From the NCBI GenBank assembly GCA_051294375.1, contig JBJCIZ010000239.1, forward strand, positions 663,178 through 727,177: a DNA stretch of 64,000 bases. The letters run 5' to 3'. The notes below the pieces were generated by a model. That model worked only from the letters and a program-made list of their open reading frames with translations, was not told the DNA's origin and did not search any database. The translations under genes and the position numbers were made by a program. Below, one piece after another: positions 30,788 through 44,440 of this stretch (the stretch's first letter is position 1; every line of letters starts with the position of its first letter). Source of the DNA: Paraspadella gotoi (lineage: Eukaryota > Animalia > Chaetognatha).

Positions 30788-30893
30788 CCGAAAGTAAGCC
30801 GATGGCTTTGTGTAAAAAATTATGCGAAAAAGCTTTTCTCAATTCGTGCTTTTTTTAAACTCTCTTCTTTTTCTAACACCCCACTCCGTCTCT

Positions 30894-30966
<73 letters not shown>

Positions 30967-33200
30967 ATCGTCCCTCCTTCATAACCGTCTGTTGCCAACT
31001 CTGCAATTTAGAAATATATTGACGTCCGATAAATGATCCTCAGATTTTATCGTCTCTGATTGGTCATTCGCCGCGATTTCAGCCAATGAGAGAAGACTTA
31101 GACATTCGTGGTGCTTGTCCGTCGGCCCCATGACTTTTAGTTCCATCCTTTGTCTCCGAGCGCCGATGGCACCGTCGAGTTAACGTCGCTCGGAAATCTT
31201 TTTACGGAGTCCATCCTAATTAATTTGAAATTGTTCAAGAATCAAGAATCTTGACATTTAAGATTCCTATAAATTTTGATTAAATTTCATACGTAATAAA
31301 TTAACAATTTCCCGCTATAATACGGTTTGTCAATTTACAAATAAATTATCTACACTGTAGATTCTACAGTATCTTGGATTCGATCTTTAAAAAGTCTATA
31401 TATATCACGAGCTTCTTCCAAGCAAAACTATGCAACCATTGCGACCTTTTAATCTAGACTATTTTTGTCACTATGTATGTCAAAAAACTTTTTAACGTCC
31501 TTTCAAATCTTTAATGAACCGTGACATCCCCTCTACGAAATTGACACGAAATTGACATGAATTGGACATTTTCTTCAATGACACAACAACCCTAACTATT
31601 TCTCACATAATCTCCCCCTATTGTCTTTTCAATTTTTTTCTTCTTCCAAGATTTTTCTCCTTTGTTCTCTCGTAGACCGAGCGATCGTCCGTCCTACGGT
31701 CCGTTGCATTTTTTTTAAGGGGAGAGAGAGGGAGCTCTCTTTTCCGAGAGTGCCCCAATTTCTGTTTTTTATCCAAGAATTTAGTATTAATTTAATATTT
31801 AACCTAAACTGACGCTTTTGTCTATGGTTGGATCGCGTCATTCGGCGTCCCAACCACCGTTACGACTGACAGAGGCTCGCAATTCTTGTCCTCAACATGG
31901 ACCCAACTCCTCGAATCGTGGGGAATCTCCGATAATTTANNNNNNNNNNNNNNNNNNNNNNNNNACGAGGGCTTACCACATGCAGTCTAATGGACTGGTC
32001 AAGCGGTTTCATCGTCGCCTGAAGGAGTTTTTGATCGCCTAGGCGCCTACACCCAGGGTAACTGATCTGGCGCTTTCCCTGCTCACTCCTAGTCATAAGA
32101 ACAACGCTTCAACCCGAGTAAGTGTACACTGTACAGCAAACCAATCGCCATTCCGGGCGACATCTTGCGGAGTCTATCAAGCGGCAACGCCAGCAAAGTT
32201 TGGGAGGTTTCTCGGTAAAAAGCGCCAGAGTCAAAGGCGTATATATATATATTGTTTTAAATATATAAACGAATTCCTAACCATATTTTTGCCATCCTCC
32301 ATAACCCATATTCGAATTTATAATCTTGACCCTAAATGGTATTCCGTAAACACTAACCAAGTCCTTAACTTTAATCACTAACACTTACCCAACCAATTCC
32401 CCATGCCTAATCTAAACCTAATCTTTAACTAAAAAAATTCGAATATTAGATAAAATGGGTCGTTCTAGAAAAATAAGGCCATCGAAGGCGGGTAGCGCGC
32501 GGAGATAGGACTGGCTCGGTTTTATTTTCATTTCGTTGAATGTTGGGGGAGTAGAGAGAGAGTAGAGAGAGAGAGAGAGAGAGAGGGAGAGGAGGACATA
32601 ATGTGTCGGTGCAGAGTTCCTCTTTTCGTTTCTGTTTGTCTATTGTTGTTTTTGGTTGTTTTTTTCGCGTTCGCGCGGAAACCGGTGAGACTGAGGTCGA
32701 AAGAAGGCGTCCCGTGGCGTTCTCTGACGGCGAAACGAGCGTGAAAATTGAAGAGGTAAACAAAAACAGGATTATTCCAACGTGTTGCTCTTGCGCCTTT
32801 TGGCATCATGGACTTAAGAATTTATTTTTACATGCTTGTTTTAGAGCTAATCTGCATAATACAATCGTTTTTTTTTCATAAAGATGAAGATAATCATGGC
32901 TATTTCCTAATCGTTACTTTATTCTATGCGATTGCGTAATTATATGATTCTAGTAAGCTCCTTTCAAACTTAAGTGGAACTGATAGAGAAGCGATTAGAC
33001 GGAACTGCCATGAAGATTTCCATCGCATTGAAACCGATCGAATTGATTGATTGTCCTGAGACCTGAAACAAAAGACGAGACGAATGGATGAGAAAAAAAA
33101 GTTTAAATCCTGAGTTTTGTTTGCTTTTTAAACGCGAAGTAAATATTGACGTGGGAAGATAAGGTGATCGTTTTTACGCGATGATAAGTTTGACTACGGA
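28809..33200 (-). repeat. Inverted, diverged copy of module F (12737-18620)
   Basis: Reverse-complement matches: gatcaaattcctcgagtcgcttagtcaataagaag (~30636) vs ~15598-15630; gacgtgggaagataaggtgatcg (~33148) vs ~12771-12795. Confidence 0.9.
31812..32240 (+). pseudogene. Decayed Ty3/gypsy integrase core fragment (best-preserved copy)
   Basis: Translates as AFVYGWIASFGVPTTVTTDRGSQFLSSTWTQLLESWGIS...TRAYHMQSNGLVKRFHRRLKEFLIA*, later YSKPIAIPGDIL. This is the typical rve pattern (WI.RFG.P..I.TDRG.QF; AYHPQSNGLVERFH) with the catalytic E replaced by K and in-frame stops. Confidence 0.85.
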
Positions 33201-33201
33201 T

Positions 33202-33292
<91 letters not shown>

Positions 33293-33387
33293 GATAAAAG
33301 AAAAAAGAAAGATAAAGAGAAAGAAGAAAGAAAAGAAGAGAAAGAAAGGAAAGAAAGAAAGAAAAAGAATTATTCTCTTCTGTGGGG

Positions 33388-33916
33388 GCTACACCCAGGG
33401 TAACTGATCTTGGCGCTTTCCCTGCTCATTCATAGACATAAGAACAACGCTCAAACCCGAGTAAGTGTACAGCAAAGCAATCGCCATTCCGGGCGACATC
33501 TTTGCGGAGTCTATCAGCGGCAACGCCAGCAAGTTTGGGAGGTTTCTCGGTAAAAGCGCCAGAGTCAAAGGCTATATATATATATTGTTTTAAATATATA
33601 AACGAATTCCTAACCATAATCTTTTGCCATCCTCCATAACCCATATTCCGAATTTATAATCTTGACCCTAAATGGTATTCCGTAAACACTAACCAAGTCC
33701 TTAACTTTAATCACTAACCTTACCCTCAACCAAATCCCTTAGCCTAATCTCAAACCTAATCTTTAACTCAAAAAATTCCGAATATTANNNNNNNNNNNNN
33801 NNNNNNNNNNNNGATAAAATGGGTTCGTTCTAGAAAAATAAGGCCATCGAAGGCGGGTAGCGGGGGAGATAGGACTGGCTCGCGTTTTATTTTCATTTCG
33901 TTGAAATGTTGGGGGA

Positions 33917-33962
<46 letters not shown>

Positions 33963-34607
33963 AATATGGTGTCGGTGCAGAGTTCCTCTTTTCGTTTCTG
34001 TTTGTCTTTGTTGTTTTTGGTTGTTTTTTTGGTTCGCGGAAATCCGGTGAGACTGAGGTCGAAAGGAAGGCCGTCCCGTGGCGTTCTCTGACGGCAAACG
34101 AGCGTGAAAATGAAGGGTAAACAAAAACAGGATTATTCCAACGTGTTGCTCTTGCGCCTTTTGGCATCATGGACTTAAGAATTTATTTTTACATGCTTTG
34201 TTTTAGAGCTAATCTGCATAATACAATCGTTTTTTTTTCATAAAGATGAAGATAATCATTGGCTATGTTCCTAATCGTTACTTTATTCTATGCGATTGCG
34301 TAATTATATGTTCTAGTAAGCTCTTTCAAACTTAAGTGGAACTGATAGAGAAGCGATTAGACGGAACTGCCATGAAGATTTCCATCGCATTGAAACGATC
34401 GAATTGATTGATTGTCCTGAAGACCTGAAACAAAAGACGAGACGAATGGATGAGAAAAAAAAAAGTTTAAATCCTGAGTTTTGTTTCTTTTAAACGGAAG
34501 TAAATATTGACGTGGGAAGATAAGGTGATCGTTTTTACGCGATGATAAGTTTGAACTACGGATGAGAGGAGAGAGAGAGAGAGAGCGAGGAGAAGAGAGG
34601 AAGAGAT

Positions 34608-34659
<52 letters not shown>

Positions 34660-34758
34660 GATAAGAAGAAAAAAGAAAGATAAAGAAGAAAGAAGAAAGA
34701 AAAGAAGAGAAAGAAAGAAAGAAAGAAAGAAAAAAGAATTATTCTCTTCTGTGGGGGA
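33388..34758 (+). repeat. ~1.35-kb tandem re-duplication of 32047-33387
   Basis: Both copies end in aagaattattctcttctgtggggg (~33365 and ~34735); copy 2 starts at ctacacccagggtaactga; includes the 3' part of the integrase relic. Confidence 0.85.
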
Positions 34759-34964
34759 AAAAAAAGAGAAGGAAGAAAAGAAGAAAGGTTTTGTAACTCT
34801 AGAATGACGTCAGCGATTTTCTTAGGGGTCATCCCAAAAGGTCAAACGAAGGTCAAACGAAGGTCAATCCTCAACGCGCCCGCAACAAATCTTATGAGTC
34901 TCGAGGGAAAAAAGGAAAGCGAACGAATTAATTCTTTAAAGGAAGTTAGTATGAGAGGGAGTGA

Positions 34965-35025
34965 ATAAGAATGATAATGATAAAAATAATAATAATAATA
35001 AAAATGATAATGATAATAATAATAA

Positions 35026-35101
<76 letters not shown>
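34965..35101. repeat. (AAT)n microsatellite
   Basis: Long, nearly pure AAT tract. Confidence 0.95.
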
Positions 35102-35952
35102 GGAATATTTAATTTTAGTCTAAAATGACTTTTAATCTTTTCCCTCATTGAAAACTATTTTGTCTAGTTTTGTTAATTTTTATAAATGTCTTAGTTAGGG
35201 CGCTTTATTGAAACGTGGTTATGGACTGATACTTTGTTTGTCACTCTATTTTTGAGTTCATACGAATACAATTAACCAACAATTTTTTAAAATGTATTTA
35301 AAATCAGGATAAATGCAAAGTAAAAATTACAAAGTATCAAGCTTATTTTTTGTTGGTAGGAGTTAGAAANNNNNNNNNNNNNNNNNNNNNNNNNNNNNNN
35401 NNNNNNNNNNNNNNNNNNNNNNNNNNNNNNNNNNNNNNNNNNNNNNNNNNNNNNNNNNNNNNNNNNNNNNNNNNNNNNNNNNNNNNNNNNNNNNNNNNNN
35501 NNNNNNNNNNNNNNNNNNNNNNNNNNNNNNNNNNNNNNNNNNNNNNNNNNNNNNNNNNNNNNNNNNNNNNNNNNNNNNNNNNNNNNNNNNNNNNNNNNNN
35601 NNNNNNNNNNNNNNNNNNNNNNNNNNNAGGTTCTGTTTGTTTTTGCTCCCTTAATCTTTCCTTTCGTGAGTTAATAATGTTTTACAAACTTTTTTCTCTC
35701 TCTTTCTTTCTTTGTCTTTCTTTTCCCCGATTTCTCCACCGCGCGATTTTTTTCTTCTATATTTTCTTGTGTTTTTATGTCATTTCACATATTTTTTGGA
35801 CGATTACGTGTGTGCTTAGGGAGTTTGCGTGCGTAGAGGCTTTTAAAAATTTGACTATTTGAGATAAAGTTTGGGAAAAATATATCCCCCTCGAAAAAAG
35901 TTTACGTTGGCAACATATTTTTTTTAAAGAGAAATAAAAAATAAAACATATA

Positions 35953-36118
35953 ACTGTGAGAGAGTCTTGATTGAAAGCTTGCAGGGACCTGCTATGTCAT
36001 TATCTTGTAAGAGTGATGGAGGCCTTAAACCACCAAAGCCTGTCCAAAGTCAGGGGCAAGATAGCTTATTTATTAAATGAATGGATAATTTTTATATTGG
36101 TTGTACCAATTTCATATT
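35953..36118 (+). repeat. Dispersed ~165-bp repeat (inverted copy at 58283-58448)
   Basis: ttgcagggacctgctatgtc...gtgatggaggcc...gcaagatagc...tgtaccaatttcatat is the reverse complement of 58283-58448; a partial third copy lies at ~58030-58070. Confidence 0.8.
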
Positions 36119-36313
36119 GAGGTAGCTGTGAACGGGAGGCCTTACCAAGTGAAGCAGAACCAGTGAATGGAGTGAGATTACAACCTCGCGTGATGGCGGA
36201 ACAAATCAACAAATGAACAATCAAATTTTTTTTACTTTAAATTTGAAGAAGGAAAAAAAATTCAATTTAGTCGTTGTGTAAAAAAGAAAAAAAAAGTGAG
36301 AATATTAAATCCC

Positions 36314-36602
36314 TTTTAGTTGCGCCGCGAGTACTCGCGGAGCAACTCTATAAGTCACTTTTCGGTCGGTCGGTCTGTCAGTCGCTTGGTCCATTGGTAT
36401 GTCTGTCCGTCGGCCTGTCTCACTTACGTTAAAAATGCATATAATTTGCCTATAATTTGCTCATTTGTTAAGACAGAAAAAACCTCAAATCTAAGTGTCT
36501 GTCATGTCATGTAGCGACATGTCATGTCAGGTCATGTTACGAGAAATATTTTTGATAAGGCAGTCACTGCTGCGCAAAACACTTTAATTACCCTTCTTGT
36601 TT
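36314..36602 (+). mobile_element. Helentron/DINE-1-like non-autonomous element (HINE)
   Basis: T-run start, 5' hairpin AGTTGC-G-CCGCGAG-TA-CTCGCGG-A-GCAACT, then CTCTATAAG, GGTC/TGTC microsatellite, end cttgtttt. Homologous copy at 53678-53935 and 5' fragment at ~44622-44675. Confidence 0.55.
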
Positions 36603-37525
36603 TTCTTTCTTTTTGTTTTTTCTTTTTTTTTCTTTTTTTTTTTATTTCGTTTCACGAAGTCAAACATCGAAGTGAAATTTTTTTCAATTGGATCTCATTT
36701 TCTTTCCTTTATTCCATTTCGTATTTGTCCAGGTGAAAATCCGTCCTTTTCTATTTTTTTCTTTCTTTCTTTCTTTCTTTCTTTCTNNNNNNNNNNNNNN
36801 NNNNNNNNNNNNNNNNNNNNNNNNNNNNNNNNNNNNNNNNNNNNNNNNNNNNNNNNNNNNNNNNNNNNNNNNNNNNNNNNNNNNNNNNNNNNNNNNNNNN
36901 NNNNNNNNNNNNNNNNNNNNNNNNNNNNNNNNNNNNNNNNNNNNNNNNNNNNNNNNNNNNNNNNNNNNNNNNNNNNNNNNNNNNNNNNNNNNNNNNNNNN
37001 NNNNNNNNNNNNNNNNNNNNNNNNNNNNNCCCCCCAAGATTTCAGTTCCTTCAAATGAAATTCACATCAAGTCTCGATCTGTAATTTCTCTCGTGTTTGT
37101 CATCAAATATTCGTGAGACGAAAAAGGGAATCAAACGAAAAAAAAATGAGGCGAAAATTAACCACAAAACTTTCTGCCCTTAGGTCCGTGCGTTTTCTGT
37201 TTTGCCTCACGTATCCATCCGTACGATGCATAACTTTAATGTTGGATGTTGGTGCATGTGCAATGCACATTGTGCATCATCTTTTTTTTTCAGTATTTAA
37301 CTCTATTTTTAAACATTAGTATCTTCTAATTGGCTTCAATACCATTCACGCTTAACGTTCTCTGTAAGAATGTGAATGTGAATTTGTCTCCTTTGACTTA
37401 ATAGTTCACGTTAATTTGGGTTGTGATTCGCGCACAAATTAATCTATTGTTCTCTTAGTTTTTCACACTAACCGAAGAAAATTGTTAAGTTTTTGAGAGA
37501 GAGAGAGCGAGGAGAGAGAGAGAGA

Positions 37526-37602
<77 letters not shown>

Positions 37603-38159
37603 AAAGAGATAATTACAGAACTACTAATGACGCTACCGAGAAAGAAGCGCCCATATCAGGCAATGGACGCTAACTCTTGTTCCCATGACAACGGAATGCA
37701 GACGCCCGGTTCCTTTGGGATGGAAAATGGAAAAAGGAAGAGATGGAATCAATCAGTTGAAAGATTATGTGAGAAGTCGAATATAATTTTTATAATATAT
37801 AGTATAAAACCGAGAAATCAATTGTCAAAAGATAGAGAAAATGCTGGTCAGTCATTTCTTTACATGCATTATCGTTGATATTACCAAACAAGACTAAAAA
37901 TACTAATACTAAACAAACACTTTTATGAACATATCCGTCATGACAGTATTTAATCGTCTTCCATACCTTATTTAATCCCCAATGCCGTACTTGCTTCTAG
38001 CGCTCAATCATGGTTGCAGTATTAGCAGTATTAGCGCTCCGCCATTTTTAAAGTTGATGGAAGGAGTTAATTGTAGAGAGAAAAGCGATTAGGGAAAAGG
38101 CAGGGATACGACGGAAAAATATTAGTTATGCAACCTTTCCTTTCTCTTCTCTCTCTGTG

Positions 38160-38199
<40 letters not shown>

Positions 38200-38424
38200 C
38201 TCTACTCTTCTCTCTCTCTTCGCGAAATCGCATGAACTCTAGACTTTCGTATTTTCCTGTAAATTTCACCGGCGAGAAATATAATTTTTTTTTATTTTTA
38301 CAACTTTAAATAAAAAAATCCAAACAAAAAATAAAATATAAAAAATAATAATAGGCAATAAGAAAAAGGCGAGAATGGAAAAAGAGAAAAAGAGGGCTAT
38401 TCACACACACACAAACACTCAGAA

Positions 38425-38685
38425 TAAACAATGTCGGATCTGCCTACGATACTTTAGCGGTAAGCAGCTAACTAGATGATAAGTCATGCTGATAGACAGA
38501 AGGACTGATATACAGACAGACGGACTCATGGACAGACAGACATAATTTTTTTTCGTAATTTATCATAATTCAATGTTCCGATATGATAAAATTTATTTAC
38601 CAACATGATGTAGGGGTGGGACCGATGGATCGACAAAGTGAATTATAGAGTCGGAATCTGCTGATAAGCAGATCCGACGAATAAT
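38425..38685 (-). mobile_element. Helentron/DINE-1-like non-autonomous element, second subfamily
   Basis: Minus strand reads GTCGGATCTGC-TTATCA-GCAGATTCCGAC-TCTATAA, a (TGTC)n tract, then 3' subterminal GCAGATCCGAC-ATTGTTT. The same terminus occurs at ~16677-16703 and ~25396-25422. Confidence 0.6.
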
Positions 38686-38786
38686 GAAATCACAAACAAA
38701 ATCACGGGAAAGAATTTAGATGTAAAAGGAAAAAAAATTCTTTCTGTCGTCGTCGACTTTAATGCCAATCATAACCAAGGGAATTT

Positions 38787-38827
<41 letters not shown>

Positions 38828-38840
38828 AAAGTGGCGAAAC

Positions 38841-38915
38841 GAACCGCAGTGGTTGAGTGGGTTCACTTCTCGTACCGTGACGGGCAGACCTTGGGTTCGA
38901 TTCCTATTTCGACCG
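38841..38915 (+). mobile_element. tRNA-derived SINE head or tRNA pseudogene (Pol III type 2 promoter)
   Basis: A box TGGTTGAGTGG (38850-38860) and B box GGTTCGATTCC (38894-38904) at tRNA-like spacing; no clean cloverleaf. Confidence 0.6.
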
Positions 38916-39438
38916 GATTTTCGTAACTTGATTCTCGCCTTGAGTTGAACTGGGCAACTATACCACGGCTTCGTTTCAACCTAGTAATCTTAGCCTTTGA
39001 CGCTTTGCTTGCTTCAAAGCTTGGATGATTTATATGCTTTCCAATCGACAGCACTCGGTTCAGTTGTTATTTTTTATGCAATCTCTATATATTTTTAAAT
39101 TTCTCGAGTTTTGCGAACAAAACAAAAGTTACTTACTGTTTATAAGTATCCGTTAAGTTTCTCACTGCTATTAAAAAGAATGAGGAATGAAGCTATTTAC
39201 TATAACGACCTTTCCTTAGGTTTTTAGGTCTACATTTACGTCCGTTTTTTATTTTCATACATATGTTTAACGTTAATAAATAATAACAAATACAATTGCT
39301 TTTTTTATTTTCTGTTGTTTTTAGTTCATTGACCTACATCTACGTTAATATACATTTCGATCCACACTAGTCGAGAAAACCAATTTATTTCGTTTCCCTC
39401 CGCCCTAACGCGCGGCCTTCGCGAGAGGGAATTCGTTC

Positions 39439-39476
<38 letters not shown>

Positions 39477-40105
39477 TCGTTTTTTTTTTAAAGGCGCAAA
39501 ATGGCAAATGTTATATTCGACATAAACTTTGCGATTTCCTTTCAAGACGAAATAAAATTGAGACGAACGATCGATGAATAAAAAATTGAAGGAAAAAAAA
39601 AGGGAAACGGAGTTTGTTTTCGCGCGTTTTGTGTTTTGTGTTTTGTGTTTTGTTTATGGCGCCGGGATTTTTGACGAGCGTCCGTGACTTTTTTGTTTTT
39701 TTAGATTTTGACGTCGTTGTGTCGGTAAAGGAAACTTTTAATGTGTCAGACGTGACGTCTGACTTTGTCATATTAATTGATAATTGGTGTGCGTTTTATC
39801 AGTGATGACGGTTCTCAGCTCGGTGTGTCGGATATCATGGCGTCGATTGTCAATTACGTCGACGTCAATAAGTTGTTGTCGTCGTTGTCGTCGTCATTTG
39901 TCGTTTCGTCATCACTGAATAACCGCCGCTGCCGCAGTCGCAGCTGCCGCCGCCGTCGTCGTCGTCGTCGTCGTCTACTCGGTAATAAAAAGCGAAACGA
40001 CTTTTAACGCCTGAGGTAGACGGAGATCGGGGTTTTGAATATTAATTTCTCTCTCTCGTCTTTCTTCGTCTTCTCTCCTCTCTCTCTCTCTTCTCTCTCT
40101 CTTCT

Positions 40106-40149
<44 letters not shown>

Positions 40150-40734
40150 CGCGTCGTTTTTAGCGACGTAAACAATTTCCGATGTAAACAAATCGAAATA
40201 AACAAAGATGGCGGCGACGAACACGATTCAATAGTGGGTGGGGGTGGATAAAAAGCGGTGGCGGGATGTTGTTTGTGAACGATGATGTGAATTGATGGAA
40301 TGATGTGATTATTGGAATAGGGAGGGTTTTTTTGAATTCTTTGTGATTTTGTGAATCGTGAATTGTGAATACTGCCGATGTGAAAGTGAGAATTGAGAAG
40401 CGGCATTAATAAGTCAGACATTCACAGACAATATCAAGAGCATGAAGATTCCAGTGTTTATCACAAGTCTCGAACGCCCGATTCACAAAGCGTGAAAGAT
40501 AAAAAAATAAATCACATTGCCTAAAATTAAACATTAACTTTAATAGTTATCAAACAAATTGCTTTACAAAAATGTAAATATATATTTTAATTAAAATCTT
40601 GTTAAAACTGTCTTTTGTTTTAAACTTTTGTTTCTTTCTCTTTTTTCATCATCGGAAATATATTTCTCTCTCTCTCTCTCTCACAATGATTTGGAAGAAC
40701 ACCCCACTGAACGACCCGACCCGCCGACGCCGAT

Positions 40735-41376
40735 GATTTAATGACGACAATTGAACGATGTTGACACGTATGATGGAATGATGTTTCTAATGAGACCGAC
40801 GGATTGATATGGACAGACGACGATGTCCTCATGATGAAGACCGACGACGATGATGATGATGAAGACGACGATGGACGACGACGCACGACAATGACGATGT
40901 TGACGAACGATGAATGGTATGATGAAGACCGCACCTATGACACGAAATGATGATGGTGAAGACGTATGTAGATGATGTAATGCAGACGACGGACGACAAC
41001 GACTAAATGAAACGATTTGACGACGGCGGATGATGAAGACTGACGACGATATGCCATGAAGACGACGATGACGATGACGACATATGACGATGGATGATGG
41101 ATGAAAGGACGATGACGACGACGATGATGAAGACGAACGACGATGATTGATGAAAGACGACGATGACAAAGACGACGATGATTGATGAAGACGACGACGA
41201 TGATTTGATGAAGACGACGATGACGACCGACGACAAATTGACGATGTCTTTTTGACGACGATTGATGAAGACGACCGACTGATTGATGATTGAAGGACGA
41301 CGACATGAGGACGACAAATGACGATCATTGTTTGACGACGATTGATGAAGACCGGCGACGATGAGGACGACGACAA
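40735..41376. repeat. Degenerate (GAC/GAT)n satellite with recurring gattgatgaagacgacg
   Basis: Direct inspection; source of the Ser/Arg/Val-rich spurious ORFs. Confidence 0.9.
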
Positions 41377-42229
41377 TTCGAAAGAGAGACGCTAGTCACG
41401 TTCTCGTCGGGGACGAAAACAGACGCGCCCTTGAATAAGGTCGCGCCCCTCGTCGAGAGCTGAGAGCGAGAGCGAGAGACACTGAGACCAGAGAAAAGAT
41501 AAGAGACGGAAAGGGAGAGGAGAGAGAGAGAGAGAGAAGCAGAGAGAGAGAGGAGAGAAGAGAGAGAGAGAGATGAGAGAGAGGAGGAGACGGCGAGGAG
41601 GAGAGGCGGTCCAATAGATGAAGACGATAAAGTCGAGACAGGAATGACGAGTAGAGAGAGAGAGAAGAGAGAGGAGGAGAAGAGAGACTGAGAGAGAGAG
41701 AGAGTGAGAGAAGAAGAGAGAGGAGAGAGAGAGCGAGGGCGCGCCCCGCTAATTATAAGAAGAATGGGAGGTTAAAATGGAAAGATGGTGAGGAAAAGGA
41801 GATGAGTTCAAATTAGATTCTACTCCATACGAAGACGGAAGTAGTTAGTTTGATCTTGAACGTTTATTTCATTTAGTTAACTGAATGTTAACTTTATTAC
41901 TTATTAGAATTAGATTTTATTTGCTCCATTTTAAACTTTCTTCTTGAAAGGCAACTAAGTACAGTTGACAGTCGGAAATAGTGCCATCCATCTTTTCACA
42001 AGAAAAGTCATTAACTTCACGAACTTACTCTAAAGTCAACCGCAAACTTCACTGCAAATCTCATAAAACTGGGTCATGTTTCTCCACCAGACGACTCACC
42101 CGATGATTTTCACGTCCGTCCATTTTCATTTCTGACCGAAAAAAAAAGATTAAAAAATAAATAAAAAAGAAAAAGAAAAAAAAAGTTGACCCAATTTCTC
42201 TCTCGTTTTTCCATTTATTTGATCGAAGA

Positions 42230-42454
42230 AACAATTGGCCGCCGCTGCCGGCAGCCGCCGCAGCCGCCCCAGCCCCCGCCGCCGCCGCCAAATCCTAATT
42301 ACGAACAATATTCGATCGCCGATGGCGAAGTATTCGACGGCGTTGTCCTGCTTTTTTCTGCTTCCAACGAAGATACGTATCAGTTCGGCATTGGCTGCTC
42401 CACTAGAAACGTCGCTCCTCTTTAGATCGCTTGGATTTTTTTTTCTCGGCGTCG
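42230..42454 (-). CDS. Candidate host exon (weak resemblance to start of a ZP-C domain)
   Basis: Acceptor tttttttaattttccaag at 42455, then open frame TPRKKNPSDLKRSDVSSGAANAELIRIFVGSRKKQDNAVEYFAIGDRILFVIRIW...; GC-rich non-repetitive island; no convincing donor found. Confidence 0.25.
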
Positions 42455-42815
42455 CTTGGAAAATTAAAAAAATATTTACTTTGAACTCCTTCTTTTTTTT
42501 AGTGTGGAGCTTCTCAATAGAGCCATCGGGGACTTTGTATTAGTTTTTGCTAGTGTCTCTAGATCAAAACTAATATAAAACAAACAAAAAAACTTTTTTT
42601 TCGATACTCAAATCGCACGTTTCTCATTGAGAACAAAACCTTTATTGGTATGACTACTCTCCAAGATTTATAATGATACAGCAACTCTTAAGATTCCATT
42701 TCTAGTCGCCTGCAAGACTTTCATTCCAAAGCTCCTCTTGAGATGGACTCTTCTTTCGTCGCTCCCGTAAAATACCTCGTTTCCGCCTTTCGACTTTCGA
42801 CGCAGGAACCAAATC

Positions 42816-42869
<54 letters not shown>

Positions 42870-42883
42870 TCTCTTCTTTCTCT

Positions 42884-42914
<31 letters not shown>

Positions 42915-43305
42915 TTCCTCTCTCTCTCTCTCTTCTTCTCTCTCTCTCTCTCTTTCTCTCTCTCTCCTCTCTCCTCTCTCTCTCTCTCTTCTCACACACG
43001 ATTTTTTCACAATTTCACACGTCGTCGTCGCGTCGTCGTCGTCGTTCGTCGTCGTCTGTTCGGTCGTCTCGTTCGTCTCGTCGTCGGTCGTTCGTCGTCG
43101 TCGTCGTCCGTCGGGATTTGAGTTCCGCGGAAAAAATTTGGGTCAGTTTTTCTTCGACTGGACGGATTCTTTTCTTTCTCGGTTTTTGTCCTATCGGAAT
43201 GAGGAGGAGAGGAGATAGAGATAGAGACGGAGAGGGGAGAATGGAGAGAGAAGAGAGAGGAGAGAGAAGAGAGAGGAAAGAGAGAGACGAGAGAAGAGAA
43301 ATGAT

Positions 43306-43346
<41 letters not shown>

Positions 43347-43426
43347 GAGGAGAGACGGCGCGTTCTTACTGCGACGAGACGTCGTTTGAATCGGATTGGA
43401 ATTGAGCGGAATTAGTTAAGAAAAAA

Positions 43427-43459
<33 letters not shown>

Positions 43460-43637
43460 AGAAGAGAGAAGAGAGAGGATCCGAGAAGAAGAGAGAGGAG
43501 AGAAAGAGGGAGAGAGATGAGAGCACGAGAGACTGGANNNNNNNNNNNNNNNNNNNNNNNNNNNNNNNNNNNNNNNNNNNNNNNNNNNNNNNNNNNNNNN
43601 NNNNNNNNNNNNNNNNNNNNNNNNNNNNNNNNNNNNN

Positions 43638-44440
43638 TCTTTCCTTTACTGTCTTTCCTCTTCTCTCCTTTTCTCTCCCGGACTTCTTTCTTTTACTGTC
43701 TTCCCTATTCTCTCCTTTTCTCCCCAAAGACTTCTTTCCTTTACTGTCTTCCTATTCTCTCCTTTTCTCCCCCGAGACTTCTTTCCCGCTCTTCTTTCCT
43801 TTACTGTCTTTCCTCTTCTCTCCTTTTCTCCCCCAGACTTCTTTTCCTCTTACTGTCTTCCCTTTCTCCTCCCTTTTCTCCCCCGAGACTGCTTCATCCT
43901 CTTCTTCTTTTTTACTGTCTTTCCTCTTCTCTCCTTTTCTCCCCCAGACTTTTTCCTTTACTGTCTTCCCATTCTCTCCTTTCTCCCCGAACTTTCTTTC
44001 CCTCTTCTTGTCTTTCCTTCTCTCTTCTCCTATTCTCTCCCTTTTCTCCCCCGACTTCTTTCCTCCCTCTTCTTTCCTTTACTGTATTTTCCTCTTCTCT
44101 CCTTTTATCCCCAGACTTCTTTCCATCCCTCTTCTTTCCTTTACTGTCTTTCCTCTTCTCTGCCTTTTCTCTCCCGGACTTTTTTCCTTTACTGTCTTTC
44201 CTCTTCTCTCCTTTTCTCCCCAGACTTTTTCTTCTCGTCTTTAACTACTGTCTTTCCTCTTCTCGTCCTTTTCTCTCAGCGAGACTTATCTTTCCTTTAC
44301 TGTCTTTCCTCTTCTCTCCTTTTCTCCCCCGGACTTCTTTCCTTTACTGTCTTCCCTAATCTCTCCTTTTCTTCCCCAGACTTCTTTTCTTCCCTCTTCT
44401 TTCCTTTACTGTCTTTCCTCTTCTCTCCTTTTCTCCCCCC
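43638..44440. repeat. ~45-60 bp minisatellite (tttcctttactgtctttcctcttctctccttttctcccccagacttc)
   Basis: About 15 tandem units anchored by ttactgtctt. Confidence 0.92.

Noticed and set aside
38841-38915. Functional tRNA gene
   Set aside because: A and B boxes are present but acceptor and anticodon stems do not pair convincingly; called a SINE head or pseudogene instead.
1610-44359. Dozens of ORFs rich in ER/RE, SL/LS, poly-L or X
   Set aside because: Translations of (GA)n, (CT)n, (AAT)n, minisatellites or N gaps; no domain content.
43638-44440. CRISPR-like periodic array (also 63030-64000 and 60011-60290)
   Set aside because: No unique spacers, eukaryotic context, no cas genes; ordinary minisatellites.
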